NCBI RefSeq assembly: GCF_001194135.2
Contig: NC_068990.1
Location: 23,748,758 to 23,812,757 of the forward strand
DNA from: Octopus bimaculoides
Lineage: Eukaryota
DNA: 64,000 nt
Direction of reading: 5' to 3'
Numbering within the stretch: position 1 is the stretch's first letter; the number at the start of each line of letters is the position of its first letter. Positions 1-12,474 of this stretch are shown piece by piece. A program made the translations under genes and the position numbers. Below the pieces are notes generated by a model. That model was not told where the DNA came from. It ran no database searches and was given only the letters and a program-made list of their open reading frames with translations.

Positions 1-313
1 AATGCCTGAACTCAATAACGAAGCTAGCCGAGACAAATACAAACTTCTCTGAGGTTTCTCTTTAATATCTCGCATCATATAAACACGATGATTAGCCATA
101 ATCAATTCTTCTCGAAATCCATTGTGAAATAGTTTAGTTCTATAGAAGCCTTGATTAAACTGGCTTATGATCAAAGACGTTTCAGTTAAGACCAGCTTTC
201 CTTTATTTCAAAATTATTAAGATAGCTGTGTCTCGGCGCAGACATGCTGTGTAGAAGCCCATCGTATATATATGTGGCCGCAGTTATATGACTGAAACAA
301 GTAAAAGAATAAA

Positions 314-362
<49 letters not shown>

Positions 363-397
363 GTATGTATGCATATATGTATGTATGTATTTATATA

Positions 398-1578
398 CAG
401 ACGTGACAAAAGTAAGGAGACACCCCATAAAACATCATTTTACGTTTATTCTATCTTGTAAAAGTTTATATTTTTTATTAATTGACATTTTTTGTGTTTC
501 AGGTTCTATATGTGATTGTTTAGCCATGACATATACAAAAGAAGCCTTGGAACTGTCTGAATTTCAAAGAGGCCGTATTGTGGGTCATTCTGAAGGTGGA
601 CATAGCATAAGATCACAGAAAGCCTTGGGATCCCGCTTTCTACAGTTAAAAGAGTAATTGTACAATTCACCAGAGAAGAGAAGAAGTCCACATCGCCTCG
701 CCCAGATCAACCAGGGCCCTCTGACAGGACCCTTCTCTTTGCTAAGAGAATCGTGGAGGATAATCCTCATTGCAAGGCCTCTGACATAGCAGAACAAGTT
801 GATGTAAGTCCTAGAACAGTTGTCAGGTATCTCCACAAACTTGGCAGAGCAGCAAGAAGGAAGCAACTTCTTCGACCAGCCAACATCCATCGGAGAAAAT
901 ATTAGGCCAGCCAGTGAAGTGGTGGAGAGGCCACTAGCATTTTGGGACACTGTCATATTCTCTGATGGTGGTCGAGTGCTGGTCTCGAGACTCTGTGATC
1001 AAGAATTTGGTGTGAAAAGATCGCAGCCAACAACGAAACATGGCAGCTATTCTGTGATGGTCTGTGGAGCAATTTGGAGCAATTAGTCATCAGAGCTGGT
1101 AGAGTGTGAGAGAAACATAAACTCGGATAAATATTAATCCGTACTGCAGAAAGGACGCCTTCCAATCTTCTCCAGTGATGAAATGATTAAGAAGAGTCTT
1201 TATTTATGCTAAAATAAAATGACGGCTAAAATGACCCAAGATTTGTTGGATGAGAATGGCATATAAAAGCTTCCATGGCCAAGCCAGTCGCCAGATATGA
1301 ACGCTATTGAACACCTCTGGGCCATAATGGACACGACACTTCATAAAAAGAACAAGAAATCATCTTCAAAGCCAGATCTTGGCAAGAAGTTTCGCAAGAT
1401 AATATTCGTCATCTGATCAGTAACATGCCTAATAGGGTCCTTGCATTAAAAATGCAAGGGGCATGTCTACTAAATATCAGATATTCACATTACAACAATG
1501 AATAGATGATATGAATGTATAGTTTCATATTTAAATAAATTTTAATGATTGTAAGGGTGTCTATTTACTTCTGTCATG

Positions 1579-1582
<4 letters not shown>
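398..1582 (+). mobile_element. Tc1-like DNA transposon, full-length but with pseudogenised transposase
   Basis: Left TIR CAGACGTGACAAAAGTAAGGAGACACCC at 398 matches the reverse complement of the right end (CAGACATGACAGAAGTAAATAGACACCC, ending 1582); TA on both sides. Frameshifted translation gives ELSEFQRGRIVG (paired-like HTH), TVIFSDG (first D), KHGSYSVMVCGAI and WPSQSPDMNAIEHLW (SPDLNPIE motif). Stops and frameshifts present; second-D region damaged. Confidence 0.93.
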
Positions 1583-1622
<40 letters not shown>

Positions 1623-1819
1623 NNNNNNNNNNNNNNNNNNNNNNNNNNNNNNNNNNNNNNNNNNNNNNNNNNNNNNNNNNNNNNNNNNNNNNNNNNNNNN
1701 NNNNNNNNNNNNNNNNNNNNNNNNNNNNNNNNNNNNNNNNNNNNNNNNNNNNNNNNNNNNNNNNNNNNNNNNNNNNNNNNNNNNNNNNNNNNNNNNNNNN
1801 NNNNNNNNNNNNNNNNNNN

Positions 1820-1872
<53 letters not shown>

Positions 1873-1949
1873 CTTTGTGCTTTGTTAGACCTCGCACACT
1901 ACTTGACAACCAGTGTTGTTTCGTTTAAGTCCCCATAATACAAAATAAT

Positions 1950-2162
1950 GATTTCAAATTTTGGTACAAGGCCAGCAGTTTTAAGGAGAAGGAGTATATC
2001 GATATCATCGACCCCAGTGCTTACCAACTACTTATTTCATCAACCCCGAAACGATGAAAGTCAAAGTCGACTTTGGCAGCATTTGAACTAAAAAAGTAAA
2101 CCCAGAAGAAATGCAGCTTAATATTTTGTCCGGCACGGTAACCACTCTGCCAGGTCACCGCC
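1950..2162 (-). mobile_element. SINE-A copy (tRNA-derived), diverged
   Basis: Reverse complement matches the in-window SINE-A consensus (GGCGGCGAGCTGGCAGAA...GTTCAAATT...GTCGACTTTG...TTTCATCCTTTCGGGGTCGAT...GGCCTTGTGCCAAAATTTGAAA). Confidence 0.8.
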
Positions 2163-2820
2163 TACGAATATTCAAAATAGCTAGTTGAACTTCTATGTGG
2201 TTATTGATTATCTCGCCAATTGGTTGGCATAAATAAATTCCATTTATAGACATGAAATTTGAGATTTGAAGTGTTTGAAAAATAGGATGTAGAACCTCTT
2301 TCTGAGGGTATTAGGGGTATTTATGATGTGAATATAAACGAGTGGGTGGATTTTGTACGTAGTCGCTTGACATCCTAGAAACAGTAACCAAACCTCCTAC
2401 AAAACACATTATACTATCTTCAAAAAGATAGGCAGGAAGATTAAAGAATATTAAAGCTGTGATGTTAACCCACAATCATAGGGTTGGTCGAACAGGGTGG
2501 TCTTAGGGCAAAATCACAATGATTACAGTATAAAGAAGCTGGAATAACACCAACAGAATAATAATAAGACAGATTGCTCGACACGTTAATTAATAAATAT
2601 TGTGATCGATACGTAGATTTGATCGTGGATCTCCGTCCTTCGATACTAAGGATTTAGTTATTCGTTCAACTGAATAATCTGTTCTTGAACTAACGTGTAA
2701 GTGGTTGAGTATTCTACAGAACCGTGTACTCTTAACGTAATTTACAGGCAGAATGGGTGTGACACAGTGTGACACAGTGTGTGACAAAACTGTGATTCAT
2801 CTATTAAAAAAATAATTCAC

Positions 2821-2988
2821 CTGACAGGCTTCTTCACAGTCTCCGTCAAGCAAACTTTACTCACAAAGTATTGGTCGATGGGAAGCTATAGAGAAATGAC
2901 ATTCGCCCAAGATGTCACGCTGTGGGATCGAACCCGGGACCAGGTGGTCGCAAAGCAAGCTTTTAGACAATCCGGCTATACCGCGCCT
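2821..2988 (-). mobile_element. SINE-B 5' half, diverged
   Basis: Similar to the reverse-strand head of the copy at 56850-57220. Confidence 0.65.
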
Positions 2989-3119
2989 ATAATAGATAGA
3001 TAAATAGATATATAGATAGACAGACGTTTAATTGAGAAAGATATTACGTTACAAAAATTTATTCTGTAGCTGCTCAACAGGTTGACGTATTGCGAACTTG
3101 GTTTCCTGGGGCGATTACG

Positions 3120-3316
3120 GCGTCATCATCATCATACTCATCATCACAACCACCACAACGATCACGACCACGACCATCACAACCACTACCACCATCATCA
3201 TCATCGTCATCTTCATTACCACCATCATCATCGTCATCACCACCACCACTATCATCATCACCATCACACTACCATCATCACCACCACCACTACTACTATC
3301 ATCATCGTCATCGTCG

Positions 3317-3353
<37 letters not shown>

Positions 3354-3374
3354 NNNNNNNNNNCGTCATCGTCG

Positions 3375-3440
<66 letters not shown>

Positions 3441-3700
3441 CCACCCTCATCATCACCACCCTTGCCCTCACCACCATCATCTTCTTCCTGCTGGTCACCA
3501 TCATATTCATCGTCGTTATCCTCCTCATCATCAACAGCATCATCATCGTCACTACTATCACCCCCCCCCACCGTTGTTATTGTCTTTGCCGTTATCATTG
3601 TGGTCATGCCCATGGTAATGATGATGATGACGAAGACAACAACCATAACGCCGCCGCCGCTGCCGCCGCCGACGACGACGACGACGATGATGCTGGTGAT
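3120..3700. repeat. Long compound trinucleotide repeat, (CAT)n with CAC/CGT/GAT/GCC/GAC blocks
   Basis: Directly visible; accounts for the poly-H/S/I/M/D ORFs in the track. Confidence 0.95.
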
Positions 3701-5029
3701 TAACTTCAACGGTAATAGCGACTACTAGAAACAAAATAAACAAAATGGTTGACAGGGCCTTCCAGTTCTTGAGTTCTATTTCATTGCACGTATTTTGTCG
3801 TATAATTTGCCAAAACGAATTAACTTTACGAGTTTCAATATACGTCGGTAATAGATAACAGTTTACAAATGTCAGTTATTCTGTATATGTTAGAGCATAC
3901 TTCTCCATTTAACGTAGAGCTAAGTACGACCCTTAAAAATTAGTCAGAACCTTGGAGACATTGTCAGTAGCTGCTACAATACAACATAGATATAAATAAC
4001 AGTAAAAATAACGAGAGCAGCTATAAAATTAAGCAATGGAAAAGAAGATAATAGAAAAAAAAAAAAAAAGAAACAAGAAAAGAAATAAAACAGTAGGCGA
4101 TTGTGACTATCAAATACTGCGGTTGTTCAAACTCCATAATCCTAGGTATACCGATCTTGGGCTTCTGTAGCAAGCAAAAAAGTAGACCATACAAAAAAGA
4201 AAAGAAACGGTGGGGAAAATATATTGATTGACAGAAGGATTAAATTTTCAGCTAAATTTGTAATGAAGCCAGAACAAATATTGATTTTGCATTGGTAGTA
4301 TGTTAAAGTTTCCTCTGTTTCATCTCCGATTACTTGGCTCAAGTTCATATTGCTTTGTGAGAGATATGCATAGAAAGCGATTGGTTTTTATTGCGCTATC
4401 CGCACAGCAGCCGACTGGGTTTTAATTTCATTGTGCTGGACACATAAATGTCGACAAGCTTGTAATGTAACAGCATTACTTTAATAAATAGCTAGCTAGC
4501 ATTGGTCAAATTGAAGATGAAATGGTTTAAAAGAAGGGACATATTTTAATCCCAGGTCAGAAATGATCAGGAAGATATATAATCTATGATTTCCCAACTA
4601 TGACCAACCTATATATATATATTTTTATATCTAACACTACATTATCCAATGTGTCCTACATTAAAAAAAAAATGACAGTGTGATATGACGGAAATTGATC
4701 TGCGCTTGAAGATCGATCTTTGATATATAAGATTTATATAAGATAACAATATCCAATGCGTCCTGAATATTTTTATCAGACAGGAGGCTGTGATTTGTGA
4801 GAGATTAGTTTATATTGTTATAAATCAGTTCAACAATGGCCACAGAATAAAATTACTGTACTCTGAGGACATGATAATCTTAACGTTAGGGAAAAAATTA
4901 AATTTGGTATTATTAACTCCTAATAATATACATAAACATTACCCAGAAGCCACCAATACAAGGTTTGATCAAAAAGTATCGAGACAAGAGGTATAAAAAG
5001 AAAACTACAACTCATATTAATTCAGCATT

Positions 5030-5460
5030 TAATCTCTTTCGAAATAATCCACTTTATCTAACGTAGTCCCCATTGATAGAAGCATTCTTGGAACTCCTTT
5101 CTTGGATAGTGAGCAACCGCCTAGTCGCATTCTCTTGGATTTCATCGATATCTCGAAATCATGTTTCTTTTAAGAGGAATTTGATTTTTGCCTTGGTTTT
5201 GGGGTTATAGCCATAGACCCATGATTCGTTACCTGTTATGACCGGTCTAAAAAAGTTATCATCTTCCTCAACTCATTCAAAGAGAGTCTGCACAGCTGAA
5301 ATCCGATCTTCTTTATGAGACGACCACACTCTACACACTTTAGTTCCGAGTACTGCTATAATTAGCGGAAGTGAACGAGAAAGTTGTAACTCAGTGTGCA
5401 TGCGCCACAGAGTTCAAGGTCAATCTGTGCCTAGCGACTTCATTCTGCATACTTTAGCTC
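5030..5460 (-). mobile_element. Mariner transposase remnant with internal deletion
   Basis: Minus-strand translation gives VITGNESWVYGYNPKTK (mariner ITGDESWVYGYDPETK motif), followed soon after by C-terminal FRDIDEIQENATRRLLTI-like sequence; the DD34D core between them is absent. TIRs not clearly seen. Confidence 0.75.
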
Positions 5461-7019
5461 CGTTACCATAGCAACAGTCCCGATACATTTAATCAGATCT
5501 CGTACATACTGAAAATAATGTAAACACACACCAAGAATAAATAAATAAATAAATAAATAAATATAATTGTTAAAAGCACTAATCAACATAATCATAGATT
5601 CAAATCTGAAATCATTTTAAAATGATTAATCTCCTAATTAACGAAAACTGCAAAGAAAGAAGTAAAAAAAAAAATATATCAGGACCATCTAAAAATGAAA
5701 GTCACTGTAAGCTATTCTATACAATGTTATTTTCTGAATGTGATTTTTAGAACAACATGTACTTTAAATGTGAAGGTGTGTGGCCAGGTGGTTAGAGTGT
5801 TTACACATCACGATCGCGGTTTCGATTCCCGGATCGGATGGTATGTTGTGTTCTTGAGCAAAACATTTCATTTCGTGTTGCTCCAATTCACTCACCTGTA
5901 AATGAGTAATGCTACAAAGAGTAACTGGTTGTATGTATAAATGTATATGTGTATATGCATGTACGTATGTACGTACATAGGTACGTAAGTATATATGTAT
6001 ATCTATCTATCTATCTATCTATCTATATAAATAAATATACATACATGTATGTATATCTATATACATATACGTATACATTACACATATATATATATCTAAG
6101 AATACCTATATATGTTACATATATGGACATACATGCACACGCACGCTCCCCCTGCCACACATACATACTTTGATCACATGGTGCTGTATTTCGTGTCCAT
6201 GTTATGGTTGCTCTTTGTTAATGATGATCTCTGCCACAGCACCATCTGATCCTTATAAGAAAAATATATGAAATTCCAGAACTGATCATACGGAAGTTTA
6301 TTTTAATCATTTCAATTTTTCTCTCCATTTTATTCCATCATGAAGAGGCAGCTGCCCATAAACATACATGCGTGTCTTGTTTGTTTTCCATGATTAAAGG
6401 TCTCTAAGCACTTTCCATTTCTTCTTAAATACACACACGCGTACATACACACATACATATACATCCATATATATATATATGCATATATGCATATATGTAC
6501 ACACACGTACACATATAGATAGATATATTCGTACATACATATATATATATTTATCCATATCTGTACCTCTGTGTCTCTAAGTATACATGTGTTTATATAN
6601 NNNNNNNNNNNNNNNNNNNNNNNNNNNNNNNNNNNNNNNNNNNNNNNNNNNNNNNNNNNNNNNNNNNNNNNNNNNNNNNNNNNNNNNNNNNNNNNNNNNN
6701 NNNNNNNNNNNNNNNNNNNNNNNNNNNNNNNNNNNNNNNNNNNNNNNNNNNNNNNNNNNNNNNNNNNNNNNNNNNNNNNNNNNNNNNNNNNNNNNNNNNN
6801 NNNNNNNNNNNNNNNNNNNNNNNNNNNNNNNNNNNNNNNNNNNNNNNNNNNNNNNNNNNNNNNNNNNNNNNNNNNNNNNNNNNNNNNNNNNNNNNNNNNN
6901 NNNNNNNNNNNNNNNNNNNNNNNNNNNNNNNNNNNNNNNNNNNNNNNNNNNNNNNNNNNNNNNNNNNNNNNNNNNNNNNNNNNNNNNNNNNNNNNNNNNN
7001 NNNNNNNNNNNNNNNNNNN

Positions 7020-7082
<63 letters not shown>

Positions 7083-7524
7083 TACAGAAGAAGGTTACAG
7101 GAGCATCGGAATGAGCTGAACAGAATTCCAGCACAGGAAGAACAATTCTTACAGCAAAATATAAAGCAGTTAAGATCTTCCCTTGAGAATAAAGTATTAC
7201 AGACATGGAAAAGAAAAGAAAAATAACTCATTAGTTTTAAAGTTTACGGTTAGAAGGAAAAGAAGAAAGAAACAGATACAGTCGATCAAAAGCTGGTGTT
7301 ATGAACATTTTGGTAATATGACGTTCATAGTTTGGTTTTTAAAATATTTGTGGGGTCACTAATGCCTAGTACCGAGCCTTTTTTCCTTACAATTAATAAT
7401 AATGATAGCATAATCGATGCCCCAAGGGAATTATTGGTACGATATCAGATCAGCATGATGGACAGATTGGCGCGATGAATATTATTGAATTTCGAATATT
7501 CTTAGTAATTACCACATATAATAT

Positions 7525-7588
<64 letters not shown>

Positions 7589-8074
7589 NNNNNNNNNNNN
7601 NNNNNNNNNNNNNNNNNNNNNNNNNNNNNNNNNNNNNNNNNNNNNNNNNNNNNNNNNNNNNNNNNNNNNNNNNNNNNNNNNNNNNNNNNNNNNNNNNNNN
7701 NNNNNNNNNNNNNNNNNNNNNNNNNNNNNNNNNNNNNNNNNNNNNNNNNNNNNNNNNNNNNNNNNNNNNNNNNNNNNNNNNNNNNNNNNNNNNNNNNNNN
7801 NNNNNNNNNNNNNNNNNNNNNNNNNNNNNNNNNNNNNNNNNNNNNNNNNNNNNNNNNNNNNNNNNNNNNNNNNNNNNNNNNNNNNNNNNNNNNNNNNNNN
7901 NNNNNNNNNNNNNNNNNNNNNNNNNNNNNNNNNNNNNNNNNNNNNNNNNNNNNNNNNNNNNNNNNNNNNNNNNNNNNNNNNNNNNNNNNNNNNNNNNNNN
8001 NNNNNNNNNNNNNNNNNNNNNNNNNNNNNNNNNNNNNNNNNNNNNNNNNNNNNNNNNNNNNNNNNNNNNNNNNN

Positions 8075-8102
<28 letters not shown>

Positions 8103-8106
<4 letters not shown>

Positions 8107-8350
8107 TCATCATCATCATCGTCGTTTAACGTCCGCTTTCCATGCTAGCATGAGTTGGACGATTTGACTGAGGACTGGTGAAACCAGATGGCTACACCAG
8201 GCTCCAATCTGATTAGGCACAGTTTCTACAGCTGGATGCCCTTCCTAACGCCAACCACCCAGAGAGTGTAGTGGGTGCTTTTTACGTGCCACCGGCACGA
8301 AGGCCAGTCGGGCGGTACTGGTAACGGCCACGCTCAAAATGGTATATCTT
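8103..8350 (-). mobile_element. Short retroposon (RTE-related SINE or non-autonomous element) with (GAT)n tail
   Basis: Minus strand ends CGTCCAACTCATGCTAGCATGGAAAGCGGACGTTAAACGACGATGATGATG and contains GGTTGGCGTTAGGAAGGGCATCCAGCTGTAGAAAC, a motif I recall from RTE/Rex-related elements. Confidence 0.6.
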
Positions 8351-9199
8351 ATGCGACACTCAGTGGCTAAATTCACTGAACGTGGGTAGAGTGGGAAGAT
8401 CTGGAAATTACTTATTTTTTACATATATATCAATGTGTCCATTCAGTGGAATCTGTATAGTAATGGGTCTTGTACTTGTTGTCGCTGGATAGTCAGTCTA
8501 TTTCTTAGAGTAAGCTTTGTTTGGTCTATGTAATCTTCATTGCATCCTTGACATTTGATAGCGTATATTAAATTCCTTGAAGAACATGTAAAGAGATTTT
8601 TTTCGGTAAAAATCTGTGGTGATTTGAATTTGTATGTTGTGTCTTCAATAAGATTGATGCAAGTCCCACAATTGGGGCGGCCTGTGTATAAGAAACAGAG
8701 ATAGATGAAATATAAATAAATAAATCTCTATAAAGGGCACGGATGCAGACATACGAAGCGAACCTATATACACATACAAACACACACGCAATAACTTCAC
8801 ACGCGGCCGCAAAAGTATCAAAAACACAACTAACAACGACAGAAGCAGCGGTGGGACAACGATGGCAAAAACAACAACAACAACAACAAAAACAACAACA
8901 ACAACAACAACCACGATGGCAACACCGTGGGCGAAAACACAGACACAGAGAGATACAGGAACTGTACCAAATTTTCGGGTCCTAGGGCAGCAGCAGTGAC
9001 AACGGGGGAGAGGATGGGACCGAGGGTAAGGTCCCATCCTGCTATTAAGAACAATGACACACGCACAAGTATACACACACATACACACTCATGCTCTCTC
9101 ACACACACACACACACACAGACATACACACAAGCACGGGCGTGAACGCATGCGCACATAAGTATACACATCATAGAAAAGTACACACGAAGACGAAAAG

Positions 9200-9244
9200 T
9201 GTCGCTGAAGAGGTCACAGATGTGTGACGAAAGATTTCCGGACA
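9200..9244 (+). ncRNA. Minimal type I hammerhead ribozyme-like motif (Penelope-type), slightly decayed
   Basis: TGTCG-CTGAAGA-G-GTCACA-GATG-TGTGAC-GAAA-GATT-TC-CGGACA: core boxes CUGANGA and GAAA, 6-bp stem II, NUH triplet (TTC), stem I TGTCG/CG(G)ACA. Confidence 0.55.
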
Positions 9245-11077
9245 ATAGACTTGAGTTAGAATAAGAACAGTAATAAACGAGTGAAGAACAAATATATAGT
9301 GCGTATGTTTATTTAGCCCCCGCAAAATGGGCATCCCGAAATACAACTATATATATATATATATATATTCATAGTTAGCTTCGACAGACATCAGCCAAGT
9401 CCCTGCTGTATTCTTGGGATGTTCTTTTGTTTGTAAAATTACGTTTCATCCAATGATTACGGTATTTTGTAATGGATTAATGTTCTCATTCTTGTATTAA
9501 AAAATATGCGTANNNNNNNNNNNNNNNNNNNNNNNNNNNNNNNNNNNNNNNNNNNNNNNNNNNNNNNNNNNNNNNNNNNNNNNNNNNNNNNNNNNNNNNN
9601 NNNNNNNNNNNNNNNNNNNNNNNNNNNNNNNNNNNNNNNNNNNNNNNNNNNNNNNNNNNNNNNNNNNNNNNNNNNNNNNNNNNNNNNNNNNNNNNNATAT
9701 ATATATATATATATATATATATAAGAAGGGAGAATTCTCGGAAGTTGAGATGCGATTAACTAGAATAAGAACGAGTTTCTACGTGAATCGGCGTCATCAG
9801 TATAGCAATTATTCTACCGTATCTTCAACGGCCAAGAGACACCGTTATATACAACGAAAGGGAGGAAAAACTAGAACACATTTATCGCCAAAGTAATTTG
9901 CATAATTTTAATTGAAAATGAGCTCAGAGAAATAAATTCGAGTATCTTGAGGCATGTAAATGAAAAACAGACAGATACTGGTATCTTAAGTACCACACTG
10001 TCCACATTTATATGTACGCGTGTGTTATGTATATATGTATGTATATAATTGTTGTGTATGTTTTTATATCTGAGTCTATACGCATATATGCATACATATT
10101 TACATGTATTTGTGAAGATTGTGCAAACTTTGACGTACTAAAAATTGTTTACTTTGCATAATGCAGTGTAGAACAGTAATGAGTTGCATTAAAATGGAGC
10201 GGTGTAGAAATGGTTAGGCGGTGACATTAATATATGCATGCTTTATACGAAGGTTAATTTGTGTTTCTACACCGGAATTTATTAGCATATTTCCCTGTCA
10301 GTTTCAATATAAAGTATTAGCTTTAACTGGGGATGTCTTTCCGTTGTTATCTAAATAGTTAAAGATATTCACATCTCTAAATTACACTATGCTCCCCGGA
10401 TAAGAGAGTGACGCATTAGATTATACAAACCCTAAATACCGAATGTTCTAGAGGAGGGCCAGGTTGGTTGTCAACTGGAATGCTTTGATCATAAAACTAC
10501 ACCATCAGGGTTGATCTGTACCTAGACACCAACAAGCATAATTAACAGTGACAGAAACAGTATTAATACCAAAAGGTAATATTCATCTTCCATTAAAAGT
10601 GTATGTTGTATTAGAACACAAAATACTGCGCTATTTACCGTGAGAGGACCTCTCATATGGACTTCTGGTGCACTCGTGTTTATACGGCTGAAGTGCGATA
10701 ACCAACCGCTGCGGCCACCAAATTTGCCAGGTCAAGTTATTTCACCCTTCCTTGGCTTCCTCAATGGCAGACATCCCGCTAGACACTACAGCTGATCCTC
10801 CCGTCAGCGATATATAGCATCCCGGTGTCTATCCTGGCATTGGTTTCTCAAACAGCTAGTGGGCTTATTGAAAAATAATCAATAGCGACAGAAGCAATAT
10901 GATTATCAAAAAAGTAACGTTTATCTGCCACCGAAAGTGGTTGCGCTACAAGTCCATATGAAAGAACCTCTCATGGTAATAACGCAATATTCTGTGTCTT
11001 AAGACAACCTCTTCTTTTAGTGGAAGATAGTAGAAAACATGTTTAGGATTCGAAATATCCGTTTGGCAAGCGTTCGT

Positions 11078-11491
11078 CTTATGCCCTTCGCTTCCTTTGG
11101 AGCATAGGCCATCAACGACTGTTTAATCACTAGTCAAGATTCAGGGATGTTGCTTCTGTTTGTCCCCTGTATGATCCCTGTAGGATCCCTGCTCCCCCTT
11201 GCATCTTCCTTTCAGATCTTGCTGCATCATGTCATTTGTTTCTCCGAGAGAAGGCCTTCCTCTCCAAGGTCTTGTTTTTGACTTGTCATCAATGTTTCTG
11301 TAACTTTGTCTTTTTTTCCTAGGTAGGAGTGTTGGCTCTAGGCTAACCTAATTTTACCTCTGGGAAGAGATGTTCCATATTAGTTTAGCCCCTTTTCTTG
11401 GACCTGTCCATAATGGGAAGTCCTACTAGGAGTTCCGCTGGTATAGGTCTCAGGATCATTGAGACACACAAATCACCAGACCACAATAAAG
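11078..11491 (-). mobile_element. Bipartite (5'UTR joined to 3' end) non-autonomous RTE derivative
   Basis: Minus strand ends GTTGATGGCCTATGCTCCAAAGGAAGCGAAGGGCATAAG (RTE-type 3' terminus). 11322-11491 resembles the reverse complement of RTE 5' UTRs (GACCTGTCC...CCTACT...GGTATAGGTCTCAGGATCATTG). Family resemblance from recall; no search run. Confidence 0.55.
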
Positions 11492-12184
11492 ACTGGGCCT
11501 TTTGGTGTGCTTGAAATGCATGAGAATAAGATCATTAGAAGTCTAGAGTCTTTTCTTCTTTAAAAGAGTAGAAAGTGACTTGAGGGATATTTCGTTGCTA
11601 TTTCTAAATGGTCGACTGATCACATAGGGTTCAGCGGGGGCACGACTAAAATTATTGTTGTTTTTATTTAGTTCTATAATCAAATCTGATGGAGCAGATT
11701 TATGATCAAAGACTTCAGCCTGTTTCCATCTCACTTTAACAAGCGTATGAACGGTTTTATTCTGCTATGTTTGTATTGTTCGAAATTTCGACAAAATATA
11801 TCAGTTAAACGCAGTAAGTTTCTGTGTTTGCGACAATAACTAAGTAAGGTAGACGTAGCTTCCCTTACTACAATTGTAACAATGAACAAGAGTTTGATGC
11901 AGCTTCCGTACTTACGTCTGTGACAATAAATAATAGCGCAAGACTCAGCTTCCGGGAAGTTCAGGAGTTGCAGAAAATTCTGAAGAAGGGTGTTAGGTAT
12001 AAAATCAGTTGAAGAAAAGATACACAGCACTATGATAGCCGGAGATTGCATACTTTTCTTAATGGACTGAGGTTTATCGCTCCTGCGTATATTTTCTTTA
12101 TAAAATTCTGACAGGACGAGAGTGACTACAGATAATTCTTTAACATAAAGATAAAATCAATGTTTCATAGTGGAATATTATTAG

Positions 12185-12291
12185 AGGCTGAGTTCGCCAC
12201 TGGATTTAAAGAAAAATTTATTATCGTTTGATTTAGTTTTCATGTTACAAATTCTCTATGCGATTTTATCCAAGCTTGAGGCAACTGTGAC
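12185..12291 (+). CDS. Candidate internal exon, unknown protein (RLSSPLDLKKNLLSFDLVFMLQILYAILSKLEATV)
   Basis: Donor AC|GTAAGT at 12291/12292; open frame back to ATTATTAG| at 12184; alternative acceptor TTTGATTTAG| giving a start at 12237; non-repetitive sequence. No homology identified. Confidence 0.3.
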
Positions 12292-12474
12292 GTAAGTAGC
12301 TACAGAGAAGAAACGGGAGGAGCCAAAAAATTCAAAGAGTGTCGATTGTCTGAAAGCTGAAAATACTGAATATCACAGAGTGGAAGAAAACAAGATAATG
12401 GTATTGAGTTCTGGGGAGCAATTGCTTTAATGATATAAAGGAACATTCTTAATGTTAGAAGAATCCAGTGAATA

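Noticed and set aside
3082-3743. Long poly-His/Ser/Ile/Asp ORFs
   Set aside because: These are translations of a (CAT)n-type repeat that is open in nearly all frames; no splice or domain support.
7080-7230. Coiled-coil-looking frame YRRRLQEHRNELNRIPAQEEQFLQQNIKQL
   Set aside because: It directly follows (GA)n, has no credible acceptor or start, and is purine-biased, which favours such residues.
11916-11979. Minus-strand exon candidate (NFLQLLNFPEAESCAIIYCHR) with good splice sites
   Set aside because: Isolated; such hits are expected by chance in AT-rich DNA, and stronger candidates favour the + strand. Not excluded.
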